This document shows, piece by piece, positions 36,292-46,251 of a stretch of DNA of 64,000 nucleotides (position 1 is the stretch's first letter; the number at the start of each line of letters is the position of its first letter). The stretch is from IMG/VR virus record IMGVR_UViG_3300024344_003081; one strand, written 5' to 3'. This DNA comes from a virus (taxonomy: Duplodnaviria > Caudoviricetes). The translations under genes were made by a program, and so were the position numbers. Below the pieces are notes generated by a model that worked only from the letters and a program-made list of their open reading frames with translations, was not told where the DNA came from and ran no database searches.

Positions 36292-37987
36292 GATCAGATG
36301 GAAAAACGTTCTTTCCACTGGTCAAAATTTTATTGAAATTGATTTAGACAAAAATCCAACAACTTTGATTGTTGGAGAAAATGGGTCTGGTAAATCTACA
36401 ATATTAGATGCTCTTACCTTTAGTCTATTCGGAAAAGCATTTCGTAATATTAATAAATCTCAAATTATCAATTCAATTAATGATAGAAATTGTCTTATTG
36501 AAACAGAATTTTCAATTGGTAATAGACACTATCTTGTACGTAGAGGAATAAAACCAAATCTATTTGAAATTGAAGTTGATGGAGCATTAATAAATCAAGA
36601 TGCAAAAGTAAGAGATTATCAAGAACATCTTGAAAAAAATATTCTTAAATTAAATTATAAATCTTTTACTCAAATTGTTGTTCTTGGTAGTTCGTCTTTT
36701 GTTCCTTTTATGCAACTCAAATCAAATGATCGTAGAATTATTATTGAAGATTTGCTCGATATTCAAATATTTTCTACAATGAATTTTATATTGAAAAGCA
36801 AAGTTTCTAATTTAAAAGAAGAACAATATCAAAATGAATTAAATTTATCAAAAGCTGAAACTGCTTTAGAATTACAAGAAGATTTTATTTCGAAAATGAA
36901 AAAAAGCAATAAACAATTAATTGCTAGTAATCAAAAAAAAATTAAAGATTCTCATAAACAAATAGAAAAATATAATTCTCTTGTTGCAACTTGTGATAAA
37001 GAAATAGCAACTCTTCAGAAACTTGTTAATGATTTTGATAAAGAACAAAAGAAACATCAAAAATTAGAACTATATCAGAATGAAATTGAAAAAAATGTAA
37101 AGAAACTTGAAAAAGAAATTGAATTTTACAATGAAAATACAGATTGTCCAACATGTAAACAAACAATTGATGATGAACATAGAAATTGCGAAATTCATTC
37201 AAAAGAAGAGAAAAAAGTAGAATTAAGTGAAGCAATTAGTAAAATAGGGAGTGATATTAAAGAATCACTTTTCGTTATTTCTGAAATGCAAACAACCCAA
37301 GAAAATATTACTGAAATTCAAAGTACTGTAACAAAACATAATGTTTCGATATCTGCAATTAATCAATATATTGAAAAAATAAATGAGGAAGTAAATCAAT
37401 TAAATGAAAATGATGTAGATGTTTCAGATGCTTCTGCAAAATTAAAAAAAATAAAATCAGAACAAAAAGATTTTTTAACATTAAAAGAACAGCATAGTAA
37501 TACACAATCTATATATGATACTGCAAGTGTTTTATTGAAAGATGGGGGCATTAAAACTTTGATTGTCAAAAAATATCTTCCAATTATGAATAAATTGATT
37601 AATAAGTATTTGGCAAATATGGACTTTTATGTTTCATTTAATCTTGATGAAAATTTTAATGAGACAATTAAATCTAGATTTCGTGATGAATTTACTTATG
37701 CTTCTTTTAGTGAAGGAGAAAAGATGCGTATTGATTTAGCTTTGCTTTTTACGTGGAGAGCAATTGCTAAGTTGAAAAATAGTATGAGTACTAATTTACT
37801 TATACTAGACGAAGTATTTGACAGTTCGCTTGATGAAGATGGAACAAGTGATTTTCTTAAAATAATACATTCTCTTGGTAGTGCATCAAATGTGTTTGTG
37901 ATAAGTCATAAGGGAGAAATACTTTATGATAAATTCAAACACATGATTAAATTTGAGAAAATTAAAAATTTTAGTAGGATAGTGTAA
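36275..37987 (+). CDS. gp46: Recombination ATPase subunit (Rad50/SbcC-like)
   Basis: GENGSGKS, CPTC zinc hook, FSEGEKMR, LILDE, VISH. Confidence 0.96.
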   Translation: MINFHKIRWKNVLSTGQNFIEIDLDKNPTTLIVGENGSGKSTILDALTFSLFGKAFRNINKSQIINSINDRNCLIETEFSIGNRHYLVRRGIKPNLFEIEVDGALINQDAKVRDYQEHLEKNILKLNYKSFTQIVVLGSSSFVPFMQLKSNDRRIIIEDLLDIQIFSTMNFILKSKVSNLKEEQYQNELNLSKAETALELQEDFISKMKKSNKQLIASNQKKIKDSHKQIEKYNSLVATCDKEIATLQKLVNDFDKEQKKHQKLELYQNEIEKNVKKLEKEIEFYNENTDCPTCKQTIDDEHRNCEIHSKEEKKVELSEAISKIGSDIKESLFVISEMQTTQENITEIQSTVTKHNVSISAINQYIEKINEEVNQLNENDVDVSDASAKLKKIKSEQKDFLTLKEQHSNTQSIYDTASVLLKDGGIKTLIVKKYLPIMNKLINKYLANMDFYVSFNLDENFNETIKSRFRDEFTYASFSEGEKMRIDLALLFTWRAIAKLKNSMSTNLLILDEVFDSSLDEDGTSDFLKIIHSLGSASNVFVISHKGEILYDKFKHMIKFEKIKNFSRIV

Positions 37988-38535
37988 TGATTTTAGACCT
38001 CGTAGATGGAGTACATCCTTTAATAGAAACTAAATTAGACGAATTTGATTTCGATTCTAATAAAACAACATATTTTGATGATGAAAAAGTATTACATACA
38101 TTGAATGCTCACGAATTAGAACAAATACTTCTAGAAAACATGGTTCATCATGAAGGATTGGGTATTTCTTCTAATCAAATAGGGATTAATTGCAGAGCAT
38201 TTGCAATGTTACATGAAGGCGAGCCTTTGATTATGATTAATCCTAAAGTTATACAAGCAACAGAAGAAGAAGTTTTGATGAAAGAAGGATGTCTTACATG
38301 GTTTGGTTTATTTCCTAATGTAAAAAGACCTAGTGGTGTTTCTATTAATTGGAAAGATAGAGATGGTGAAGATTATAATGGAAATTTTATCGGCCTTTCT
38401 GCAAGAATTATTTTGCATGAATATGATCATTTGAATGGCTATACTTTTTTTGATAGAACAAGTACATATCATATGCAACAAGCAAGAAAGAAAAGAAAAC
38501 TATTTTTAAGGAAGGTGAAAAATGGCAAAATATAA
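37987..38535 (+). CDS. def: Peptide deformylase
   Basis: GLGISSNQIG, EGCL, HEYDHLNG. Confidence 0.92.
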   Translation: MILDLVDGVHPLIETKLDEFDFDSNKTTYFDDEKVLHTLNAHELEQILLENMVHHEGLGISSNQIGINCRAFAMLHEGEPLIMINPKVIQATEEEVLMKEGCLTWFGLFPNVKRPSGVSINWKDRDGEDYNGNFIGLSARIILHEYDHLNGYTFFDRTSTYHMQQARKKRKLFLRKVKNGKI

Positions 38536-38650
38536 ATTATTAGTTGAAGATGTTGGAGATTATTCTGAAGATAATTTGTTAAAATTATTCTATCTTGTTA
38601 TTAAGCACAGATTTGGACATTTTTTAAAGGGCGAAGGTTTTCGTGATTGA
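38522..38650 (+). CDS. Small hypothetical protein (42 aa, MAKYKLL...HRFGHFLKGEGFRD), not in the ORF track
   Basis: SD-like GGAAGGT upstream; exactly fills the gap between def and the next gene. Confidence 0.55.
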   Translation: MAKYKLLVEDVGDYSEDNLLKLFYLVIKHRFGHFLKGEGFRD

Positions 38651-39485
38651 TAAAATTATCACGAATATTATTGATCAAGAAGCACCTGATCAAACAGTTG
38701 CAGTATTGATGTCTGGAGGAACAGATAGTCTAACAGTTGCCGCGGCCGCTCATAGATTGAATAAAAAATTAAATTGCTATACATTTAGAGTTGATGGAAA
38801 AGATTCTGATGATAGCATATATGCAGAAAAAGCATGTAAGCATTTTGGTTGGAATTTTAAACTTATAGATGTTCCAGTTGACAATATTGAAAATGATTTT
38901 TTTACTTTGATTAAAACATATGAATGTAAAAAGAAAACTCATGTAGAATGTACATTTCCTTTTTTATATGTTTATCCTCATATAAAAGAGAAATATATCT
39001 TAACTGGTTGGGCCGCTGATGGTTATTATGGGGTGAGCAAAAAAGCAAATATACATTTCAAACACACCAAAGAATTGATGGATGAATTCAGACGGGATTA
39101 CTTTGGTAAATTAGATGAGACTACACAAAAATTTATTCCAGGAAATCCTGTAGGAGTGAAACAACAAATGTTGTTGGCAGAATCAATAGATTCTATTTTA
39201 GTTGCTCCATACATTGATAAGACGGTCTGGGACTGGATGATACAGTATGATTGGGATTTTTTCAATAAACCATATCAGAAAGCTCCGCTATTTGATGCAT
39301 TTCCCGAATTGCTTGAAATAAAGAGAAGAAATCATCTGAATTTACAGTTAGCCGCAGGAATACCAAATTATTTTGAGAAATTGCTTGACAATAAGGAAAT
39401 TAATATCTATAATAGAAGCAGAATAATGGATTTAGTCAGAGATTGGAAAACTACAACTACAAATATAGAGGAATTTTTTGTATGA
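38643..39485 (+). CDS. Asparagine-synthase C-terminal-like N-type ATP pyrophosphatase
   Basis: VLMSGGTDS PP-loop; LTGWAADGYYG; no Ntn glutaminase domain. Confidence 0.75.
   Translation: MIDKIITNIIDQEAPDQTVAVLMSGGTDSLTVAAAAHRLNKKLNCYTFRVDGKDSDDSIYAEKACKHFGWNFKLIDVPVDNIENDFFTLIKTYECKKKTHVECTFPFLYVYPHIKEKYILTGWAADGYYGVSKKANIHFKHTKELMDEFRRDYFGKLDETTQKFIPGNPVGVKQQMLLAESIDSILVAPYIDKTVWDWMIQYDWDFFNKPYQKAPLFDAFPELLEIKRRNHLNLQLAAGIPNYFEKLLDNKEINIYNRSRIMDLVRDWKTTTTNIEEFFV
39385..39413 (+). promoter_or_regulatory. Sigma70 consensus promoter for the DNA methylase, embedded in the upstream CDS
   Basis: TTGACA-17nt-TATAAT. Confidence 0.65.
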
Positions 39486-40705
39486 GTTATCAAAAATATT
39501 ATGTAAAAGATGTTAAAGAAAAATCATCTGAAAAACTATTTAATGTTATTAGTTGTTTTGCTGGTGGTGGAGGAAGTTCTACTGGATATAGACTCGCTGG
39601 AGCAAATATTCTTTTAATTAATGAATTTGTTGAAGAAGCAATTTCAACATATCAAGCAAATTTTCCAGATACAAACGTTTTAGTTGATGATATTAAAAAA
39701 TATACATCAGATGATTTTTTAGAAATGGCAGGAATTAAAGTTGGAGAATTAGATTTACTTGATGGTTCTCCTCCATGTTCTGCATTTTCACTTGCAGGTA
39801 AGAGAAATAAAGGATGGGAAGGTTATGTAGAAGATACAAGAGAATCTTCTATTGATCTTGAAACTGGTGAAGTTGTGCAGACAGGAGAATTAAAGAAAAA
39901 AGATGGAATAAAGAAATATTCTGAAGATAAAATTCAAGAAAGTATTGAAGATTTGTTTTTAGAATATATAAGAATTGCTAAGGGAATTCAACCAAAAGTT
40001 ATCGTAGCAGAAAATGTTAAAGGAATAACTTTTGGAGAATCTAAGAAAAAACTTTTAGAATTTATTAATGATTTTGAACGAATAGGTTATGAAGTTTCGT
40101 ATCAAGTTATGAATGCGGCTGATTTTGGAACACCTCAAGGAAGAGAAAGAACTATTTTTATTTGTGTTCGAAAAGATGTTGCAGAAACGATAGGTCTTAA
40201 TTTTATGAATATAAGTGGTATTTTTCCTACTAAAACTGTAACTAAACACGTTACAATGAGAGAGGCTTTTGAAGATATTGAAAATGATCCCGAAGAAATT
40301 AAAATGCTGACAGAGTTTGTCGAAGGTTCTTTTCAAAAAAAATTTTTAAGTTTTCTTCCATTTAATCCAGAAAAACCGATTAAACCCTCAGATAAACAAT
40401 TTCGTGAATTTAATCCTAAAGGATCATGTTTTAATATGATTCGACCAGCACCCGATCTTCCTTCTCCTACTTTGACTCAACAAGGTCAGAAGAAAGGATT
40501 GTCTGGTGTTTTTCATTATGCTGAAAATCGCAAACCGACCATTGTTGAATTTAAAAGACTTATGGGTATGCCAGAAGATTTTATTTTGACAGGTGATTTT
40601 GATCAACAAGCAGAAAGATTAGGAAGAATGGTCGCTCCAAAAATGATGAAAGAAATCGCAAATAGTATATACAAAAATGTACTAGAACCCTTTAATAAAA
40701 AATAA
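39482..40705 (+). CDS. DNA cytosine-5 methyltransferase
   Basis: FAGGGG (I), GSPPCSAFS (IV), ENV (VI), Q.RER (VIII), GRMVAP (X). Confidence 0.93.
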   Translation: MSYQKYYVKDVKEKSSEKLFNVISCFAGGGGSSTGYRLAGANILLINEFVEEAISTYQANFPDTNVLVDDIKKYTSDDFLEMAGIKVGELDLLDGSPPCSAFSLAGKRNKGWEGYVEDTRESSIDLETGEVVQTGELKKKDGIKKYSEDKIQESIEDLFLEYIRIAKGIQPKVIVAENVKGITFGESKKKLLEFINDFERIGYEVSYQVMNAADFGTPQGRERTIFICVRKDVAETIGLNFMNISGIFPTKTVTKHVTMREAFEDIENDPEEIKMLTEFVEGSFQKKFLSFLPFNPEKPIKPSDKQFREFNPKGSCFNMIRPAPDLPSPTLTQQGQKKGLSGVFHYAENRKPTIVEFKRLMGMPEDFILTGDFDQQAERLGRMVAPKMMKEIANSIYKNVLEPFNKK

Positions 40706-40707
40706 TT

Positions 40708-40920
40708 ATGAAAGCTGATATCAAAAAACAAGTAAAAGAAAAACTTGCAAAATATAATATGAAATATGCCGCTATGGACTGGGACTATAAGTGGTTTTGC
40801 TTTGAAAAGAAGCCGAAATGTGTCGATGATACATGGGATGTCAAAGATGGACATTATATGAGAATTCATACTCTTCCTACTGAAGGTTTTGACTGGAGAG
40901 ATTCATTAGTCCAAAAATAA
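40708..40920 (+). CDS. Hypothetical protein (70 aa)
   Basis: Coupled ORF. Confidence 0.6.
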   Translation: MKADIKKQVKEKLAKYNMKYAAMDWDYKWFCFEKKPKCVDDTWDVKDGHYMRIHTLPTEGFDWRDSLVQK

Positions 40921-40932
40921 CCAAGAATTGTC

Positions 40933-40961
40933 TTGACAGTATTTCCAGATATTGATACCAT
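40933..40961 (+). promoter_or_regulatory. Sigma70-type promoter
   Basis: TTGACA-17nt-TACCAT, extended -10 TG. Confidence 0.7.
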
Positions 40962-40999
40962 ATAAGTGAAGGTTAAAAACTAATCAAAAAGGATATCTT

Positions 41000-43333
41000 A
41001 TGAATGAAATACAGTCTACAAAATCTCTTTTAGCAAAACTTCTTGCTTCTGAGAACATTACAGTAGAGCATGGTAATTATCAAACAGCATCATTTGATGT
41101 TAAAAATCGGGTCATTCGTCTACCAATTTTCAAGTATATGAGTGGTTCGATTTATGATTTGATGGTTCTCCATGAAGTTGGACATGCACTTTGGACTCCT
41201 TTAAAAGGATTGCATTCTGAGAAGAATGAGAAGGGTCCTGGATTTAAGTCTTATCTTAATGTTGTTGAAGATGCTAGAATTGAGAAAAAGATAAAAAGAA
41301 AATATCCAGGTGGTTCAAAGCCGATGATTGAAGGCTATCGCCAACTTGTATCAGAGAACTTTTTTGCAACAAAAGATCGTGATCTGAATGCATTAAATTT
41401 GATTGATAGAATTAATTTACATTATAAAATCGGTGCATCTGCGGGTATTGAATTTGATGAAATAGAAAGTCCTTTTCTTACTGAAATTGATAAAGCAGAG
41501 ACTTTTGAAGAAATTTATGATATAACTGTAAGACTTTATGATTATTCAAAAGAAAATGAAAGTCAAACAGATTTTCAAGATTTTACTGATTTTGATTCTT
41601 CAATGTGTGAAGGTTTTGAAAGTTTTGAAGAAGAGCCTGAAGTAATGGGTGATTCTCCGCTTGAGTGGATGGAAGAAGAGGAAGAACGTGAAGATGCCAA
41701 GTCGGGTATGAGAGGTGATAGTTTAGAATCTGAAGAGGAAGAAGGATCTTCTGAAGAAGATTCTGCTGGAACATCTGAAGAAGATTCTGCTTCTGCTGGA
41801 AATAAAGGAGAAAATGAAGATGAAAATGGAGATAAAGGTAAAGAAGCGAGTGGAATAACTTCTGGTCTTGAGGGTGGAGTATCGAATGATGAAAGATATG
41901 AACCTAAATCTATAACTGATGAAGCATGGCAAGAATCAGCAAAAGATTTAAATCAAGAAACTGACCGAATTAGGGAATATGTAACAATTCCAAAAGCAAA
42001 TTTGGAAGAAATAATTGTTCCTCACAAAGAATTATATAAGATGACTCGGGACTTTTTTAAAGATTCTAAGTATGAAGACGGTCGTTATGATGAATTCTTT
42101 GCCGCCGCACAAAGTATGGTGAAAGATTTCAAAAGAAAAAATTCAAAAACAGTAGATTATCTTGTTAAAGAATTTGAAATGAAAAAGAGGGCTGATGAGT
42201 ATAAAAGAACCAGCATTTCAAAAACTGGTTTACTTGATATGTCTTCAATTCATTCTTACAAATATAATGATAATCTTTTCAAAAAAGTTGCAACTATTGC
42301 TTCTGGAAAAAATCACGGTCTTGTTTTATTCATAGACTGGTCTGGTTCTATGCATTCCAATTTACCTGGTACTATTGATCAACTTTTGAATCTGGTTTTA
42401 TTTTGCAGAAAAGTAAATATTCCTTTTGAAGTATATGCTTTTACTGATCGTAATATTAAACAACCACTGGTTGATGGACAGCCAGTAGATTCTTCAATTC
42501 AAGAAGATATTAAACAGAAGGACAGGGTTTTCTTTCAAAAAGAAGGTCATATTGCTTCTAATTCTACTTTGTTTTTGATGAATCTTTTTAGTAGTTCAAT
42601 GTTAACTTCAGAGTTGAATTATGCTATGCAAATTATGATGCAAATGAAGATGAGATATGATACTGAAAATTGGTACGGTTTTAGATACAGTATTCCATAT
42701 CATTTTGAATTGGGCGGAACTCCTCTTGATGCAACAATTATTACAGCATTGGAATTGATTCCTGAATTTCAAAAGAAAAATCGTGTACAAATTGTAAATA
42801 CAGTTTTTCTTACTGATGGTGAATCTCACACTAATACTCAAGTTTGGAGACCTAATAAAGAAGGTGTTCTTGATAAAGAATATTTTGATAGTAGAGGAAG
42901 AGACACTTATTATACTGATCCTGTCAGTAAAAAAACTTATACATCTACAGGTCGCCGATCTGGAATGTCTACTCATACTTTTTATAATATTTTGAAAGAT
43001 CGATGTAAAGTCAATATTCTGGGATTTTTCTTAATAGGAAAAAGATTTAAATGGGTAAGTTCTGATATTTCCTGGGGTACAAAGAATGCTCCAAATCCTG
43101 CTGAAATTTTAAAATTATTCAAAAAAGAAAAATCATATGTTGCTTCAAATTGGATCGGATATGATAAATTATATTACATTAAAGATGGTAGTGATTTGAA
43201 TGTTGAAGATGAAGGTTTTGCTGTTACTGAAGATGCTTCAAAAAGTCAATTGACTAAAGCATTTAAAAAATTCACTGGCAAAAAACTTACTAACAGAATT
43301 GTTCTGAAAAGTTTTGCAGAAATGGTCGCATGA
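41000..43333 (+). CDS. CobT-like protein: N-terminal HExxH domain, acidic linker, C-terminal vWA domain
   Basis: HEVGH; DWSGS MIDAS, GGTPL, LTDGE; partner AAA+ gene nearby. Confidence 0.82.
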   Translation: MNEIQSTKSLLAKLLASENITVEHGNYQTASFDVKNRVIRLPIFKYMSGSIYDLMVLHEVGHALWTPLKGLHSEKNEKGPGFKSYLNVVEDARIEKKIKRKYPGGSKPMIEGYRQLVSENFFATKDRDLNALNLIDRINLHYKIGASAGIEFDEIESPFLTEIDKAETFEEIYDITVRLYDYSKENESQTDFQDFTDFDSSMCEGFESFEEEPEVMGDSPLEWMEEEEEREDAKSGMRGDSLESEEEEGSSEEDSAGTSEEDSASAGNKGENEDENGDKGKEASGITSGLEGGVSNDERYEPKSITDEAWQESAKDLNQETDRIREYVTIPKANLEEIIVPHKELYKMTRDFFKDSKYEDGRYDEFFAAAQSMVKDFKRKNSKTVDYLVKEFEMKKRADEYKRTSISKTGLLDMSSIHSYKYNDNLFKKVATIASGKNHGLVLFIDWSGSMHSNLPGTIDQLLNLVLFCRKVNIPFEVYAFTDRNIKQPLVDGQPVDSSIQEDIKQKDRVFFQKEGHIASNSTLFLMNLFSSSMLTSELNYAMQIMMQMKMRYDTENWYGFRYSIPYHFELGGTPLDATIITALELIPEFQKKNRVQIVNTVFLTDGESHTNTQVWRPNKEGVLDKEYFDSRGRDTYYTDPVSKKTYTSTGRRSGMSTHTFYNILKDRCKVNILGFFLIGKRFKWVSSDISWGTKNAPNPAEILKLFKKEKSYVASNWIGYDKLYYIKDGSDLNVEDEGFAVTEDASKSQLTKAFKKFTGKKLTNRIVLKSFAEMVA

Positions 43334-43336
43334 ATT

Positions 43337-43729
43337 ATGGCAATCGATAATCCTGTATGGGACAATAAAAATAAAGAAATACAAAAAATCTTAACAGAAA
43401 AGATTCTGACAGATTCCCAATTGCTTAAAGCAATGGAAACTTCAGCCCATAAGGAAATAAATAGACTGCAAGAACATGCAAATCTTTTAGTAAAACAAGC
43501 ACACGAAATTATGGAAAGAGTACAATTAACAAAAAGAATACATGAAAGAGTTGATATTCAATTTCGTATTGTAAAAGAAAAACATTATTTTTTATATGAA
43601 GATGATACATTATCTTTAATTTCTCCAGAAGAATGGGATAAGAAAGAATCATCTATTACAGTAAAACAATTAGGAGATGGAACGTGGGAAGAAGTAATTA
43701 ATTTGGATGAAAACCAAGAAATGTCTTGA
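43337..43729 (+). CDS. Hypothetical protein, DUF2452-like
   Basis: Coiled coil plus YFLYE...LSLISPEEW; family from recall only. Confidence 0.55.
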   Translation: MAIDNPVWDNKNKEIQKILTEKILTDSQLLKAMETSAHKEINRLQEHANLLVKQAHEIMERVQLTKRIHERVDIQFRIVKEKHYFLYEDDTLSLISPEEWDKKESSITVKQLGDGTWEEVINLDENQEMS

Positions 43730-43754
43730 CACTATTGTTGAAATTTGAGATAAT
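43726..43754 (+). promoter_or_regulatory. Sigma70-type promoter
   Basis: TTGACA-17nt-GATAAT, extended -10 TG. Confidence 0.7.
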
Positions 43755-43758
43755 AGTA

Positions 43759-43877
43759 GTGAAGAGTGAGGGAAGAATGAGGTGAATACCGCCCGGCTCA
43801 TGGAAATGTTTGCCCTGTGAATAGAAAAACAGGTAAGAAAAAAGGAGCGCCCCGCCGCCATGACATTCACTCTTTAT
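43759..43877 (+). ncRNA. Candidate structured RNA/leader upstream of cobS
   Basis: GC-rich island starting at the predicted TSS; ends pair (GTGAAGAGTGA/TCACTCTTTAT); internal CCTGT/ACAGG hairpin. Confidence 0.4.
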
Positions 43878-43910
43878 TTTTTATAACTTATATATTATGG
43901 AGATTGTGAA

Positions 43911-45101
43911 ATGAATGCTAATCAAAAATCGCTTATTGAAGCCGTTATTGAAGCAGGTTATGAAGATGAAATTACACGTCCAGAATTGAAAGCAATTGGA
44001 AGAAAACTTGGTGTAAGTACTGCATGGGTGCAAAAAAATACTGCATACAAGGTTGCTAGAGGTGTATATCGTATCCCCCAAATTGATGGTTCTGTAAAAA
44101 GTGCATTAGCACAAACTGTTGCTAGTGAAAACATCGAAGAAAAAGAAAATAAAGTGATTCCATTTCCAACACAAACTGAATCTTTTATTCCAGATAAAGA
44201 TTCTCATTTTGTTAGATTTGGACATTGTAAAGATGTAGAGTCAATTGTTAAATCAAGAATTTTTTATCCAACATTTGTTACTGGTCTTTCTGGTAATGGT
44301 AAAACTTTCATGATTGAACAGGTTTGTGCAAGACTTAATCGTGAAATGTTTCGTGTTAACGTTACTATTGAAACTGATGAAGACGATTTGCTTGGTCACT
44401 ATCTTTTAAAAGATGGTGAAACTGTTTGGCAAGATGGTCCAGTTATTCAAGCAATGAAACGTGGTGCAATTTTGCTTCTTGATGAAGTTGACCTTGCATC
44501 AAATAAAATTATGTGTTTGCAACCTGTTCTTGAAGGTAAAGGAATTTTTATTAAAAAGATAAACCAATGGGTTCGTCCTATTCGTGGTTTTAATATTTTT
44601 GCTACTGCAAATACTAAAGGAAAAGGTTCTGATGATGGTCGATTTATTGGAACAAATATTCTTAATGAAGCATTTCTTGAAAGATTTGCAATTACTATGG
44701 AACAAGAATATCCTAGTATAGGAGTTGAGAAAAAAATTCTCAATTCAGTTCTTGCTTCTCTTGATTGTGTAAATACAGAATTCGTTGAGAAACTTACAAA
44801 TTGGGCGGATATTATTCGCAAAACATTTTATGATGGTGGTGTTGATGAAATTATTGCTACTCGCCGATTGGTTCATATTTGTAATGCTTATGCTATCTTT
44901 AAAGATAAAATGAAATCAATTCAAATGTGTGTTAATCGTTTTGATGAAGAAACAAAATCAGCTTTCCTTGATTTGTATAGTAAGGTTGATGCTGAAGTTG
45001 TTAATCCTAACGATGATCCTGCGGCTGAAGGAGAAGCGGCACTTGATGCTGAAATTACTGAATCTACTGAATCCGAAGAAGATCCAGAAACTCCTTTTTA
45101 A
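43911..45101 (+). CDS. cobS: CobS/MoxR-like AAA+ ATPase
   Basis: GLSGNGKT, LLLDEVD, FATANTKGKG, LNEAFLERF. Confidence 0.9.
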   Translation: MNANQKSLIEAVIEAGYEDEITRPELKAIGRKLGVSTAWVQKNTAYKVARGVYRIPQIDGSVKSALAQTVASENIEEKENKVIPFPTQTESFIPDKDSHFVRFGHCKDVESIVKSRIFYPTFVTGLSGNGKTFMIEQVCARLNREMFRVNVTIETDEDDLLGHYLLKDGETVWQDGPVIQAMKRGAILLLDEVDLASNKIMCLQPVLEGKGIFIKKINQWVRPIRGFNIFATANTKGKGSDDGRFIGTNILNEAFLERFAITMEQEYPSIGVEKKILNSVLASLDCVNTEFVEKLTNWADIIRKTFYDGGVDEIIATRRLVHICNAYAIFKDKMKSIQMCVNRFDEETKSAFLDLYSKVDAEVVNPNDDPAAEGEAALDAEITESTESEEDPETPF

Positions 45102-45117
45102 TCGTTTTATCTGACAG

Positions 45118-45125
45118 TATAAATA
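45118..45125 (+). promoter_or_regulatory. T4-type late promoter
   Basis: Exact TATAAATA, intergenic. Confidence 0.65.
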
Positions 45126-45163
45126 ATAGAGGATATAGAGTAAAATCTTATCCTCTATTTTTT
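45125..45163 (+). terminator. Rho-independent terminator after cobS
   Basis: AATAGAGGATA...TATCCTCTATT plus T run. Confidence 0.75.
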
Positions 45164-45186
45164 TATCATTTTCACGTGGAGAAATA

Positions 45187-46194
45187 ATGCAGATTGAGAT
45201 TAAAGTTGAAGAATTAAGAAAGAAAAAAATATTTGTAGCAACACCAATGTATGGTGGTCAATGTCATGGAATGTATGCAAAATCCGCCATTGATCTTGCA
45301 ACATTGTGTGCAAATTATGGAGTAGAATGTAGGTTTTTTTACATATTTAATGAATCTCTTATTACCAGAGCAAGAAATTATTTAGTCGATGAATTTTTAA
45401 GAGCGGAAGAATTTACACACTTGATGTTTATTGATAGTGATATTCATTTTGATCCAAGGGATGTTTTGTCTCTTGCGGCTTTATGTGATGATGATAAACC
45501 TATTATTGGTGGACCCTACGGTAAAAAATGTATTGCTTGGGAAAAAATTGTGCAAGCAGTAGATTCAGGAATTGCGGATAAAGATCCAGAAGAACTATCA
45601 AAATTTGTAGGTGATTTTGTGTTTAATCCAGTTGCAGGAACGCAAGAACTTGCAATTAATGAACCCGTAAATGTTTTAGAAATTGGAACTGGTTTTATGA
45701 TGGTTCAGAGACAAGTTTTTGATAAATGGAGAGAAGCATATCCTCAGTTTCATTATAAACCAGATCATAATCGTTCAGAGCAATTTAAAGGTGATCGATA
45801 TATTCATGCATATTTTGATACAGTCATTGATAATGAACAATATATGCCTATGGGTTCATCGAATAAATCTGATCGATATTTATCGGAAGATTATGCATTT
45901 TGTCAATTATCAAGACATATAGACATTCCTATCTATTTGTGTCCTTGGATGAAATTAGGACATATAGGCACTTATGTTTTTGATGGTTCAATGGCTGATC
46001 TTGGAAGAATAGATACTTCAAATCCACTTGCAAAAAGTCATCAAGAACAATCTCAAAAATTAAGGGCGGCTAGAATAAAAGTTACTGAAGAAGCACAAGC
46101 AGTAAAGAAAATTGAAGACATTGAAAAGGTAAAAGGAAACAGGCAAGAAAGACGAAAAGCATTAAGAGATAAGAAGAAAAAGAAGAAACGTTGA
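45187..46194 (+). CDS. GT-A fold glycosyltransferase-like protein
   Basis: ATPMYGG, ESLITRARN, FIDSD (DxD), IGTGFM, YLSEDYAFC. Confidence 0.75.
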   Translation: MQIEIKVEELRKKKIFVATPMYGGQCHGMYAKSAIDLATLCANYGVECRFFYIFNESLITRARNYLVDEFLRAEEFTHLMFIDSDIHFDPRDVLSLAALCDDDKPIIGGPYGKKCIAWEKIVQAVDSGIADKDPEELSKFVGDFVFNPVAGTQELAINEPVNVLEIGTGFMMVQRQVFDKWREAYPQFHYKPDHNRSEQFKGDRYIHAYFDTVIDNEQYMPMGSSNKSDRYLSEDYAFCQLSRHIDIPIYLCPWMKLGHIGTYVFDGSMADLGRIDTSNPLAKSHQEQSQKLRAARIKVTEEAQAVKKIEDIEKVKGNRQERRKALRDKKKKKKR

Positions 46195-46219
46195 CATATG
46201 TTACTGTGTATGGTATAAT
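46191..46219 (+). promoter_or_regulatory. Sigma70 consensus promoter upstream of gp45
   Basis: TTGACA-17nt-TATAAT with TG extension. Confidence 0.85.
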
Positions 46220-46251
46220 GATGATAATTAAACAATTAATAGAGAAAAATT

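Noticed and set aside
43805-43820. Minus-strand CACAGGGCAAAC resembling the c-di-GMP-I riboswitch 5' segment; plus-strand GGTGAATAC resembling 16S rRNA
   Set aside because: Only 9-12 nt matches; the GAAA tetraloop/receptor and remaining consensus are absent, and no minus-strand gene follows
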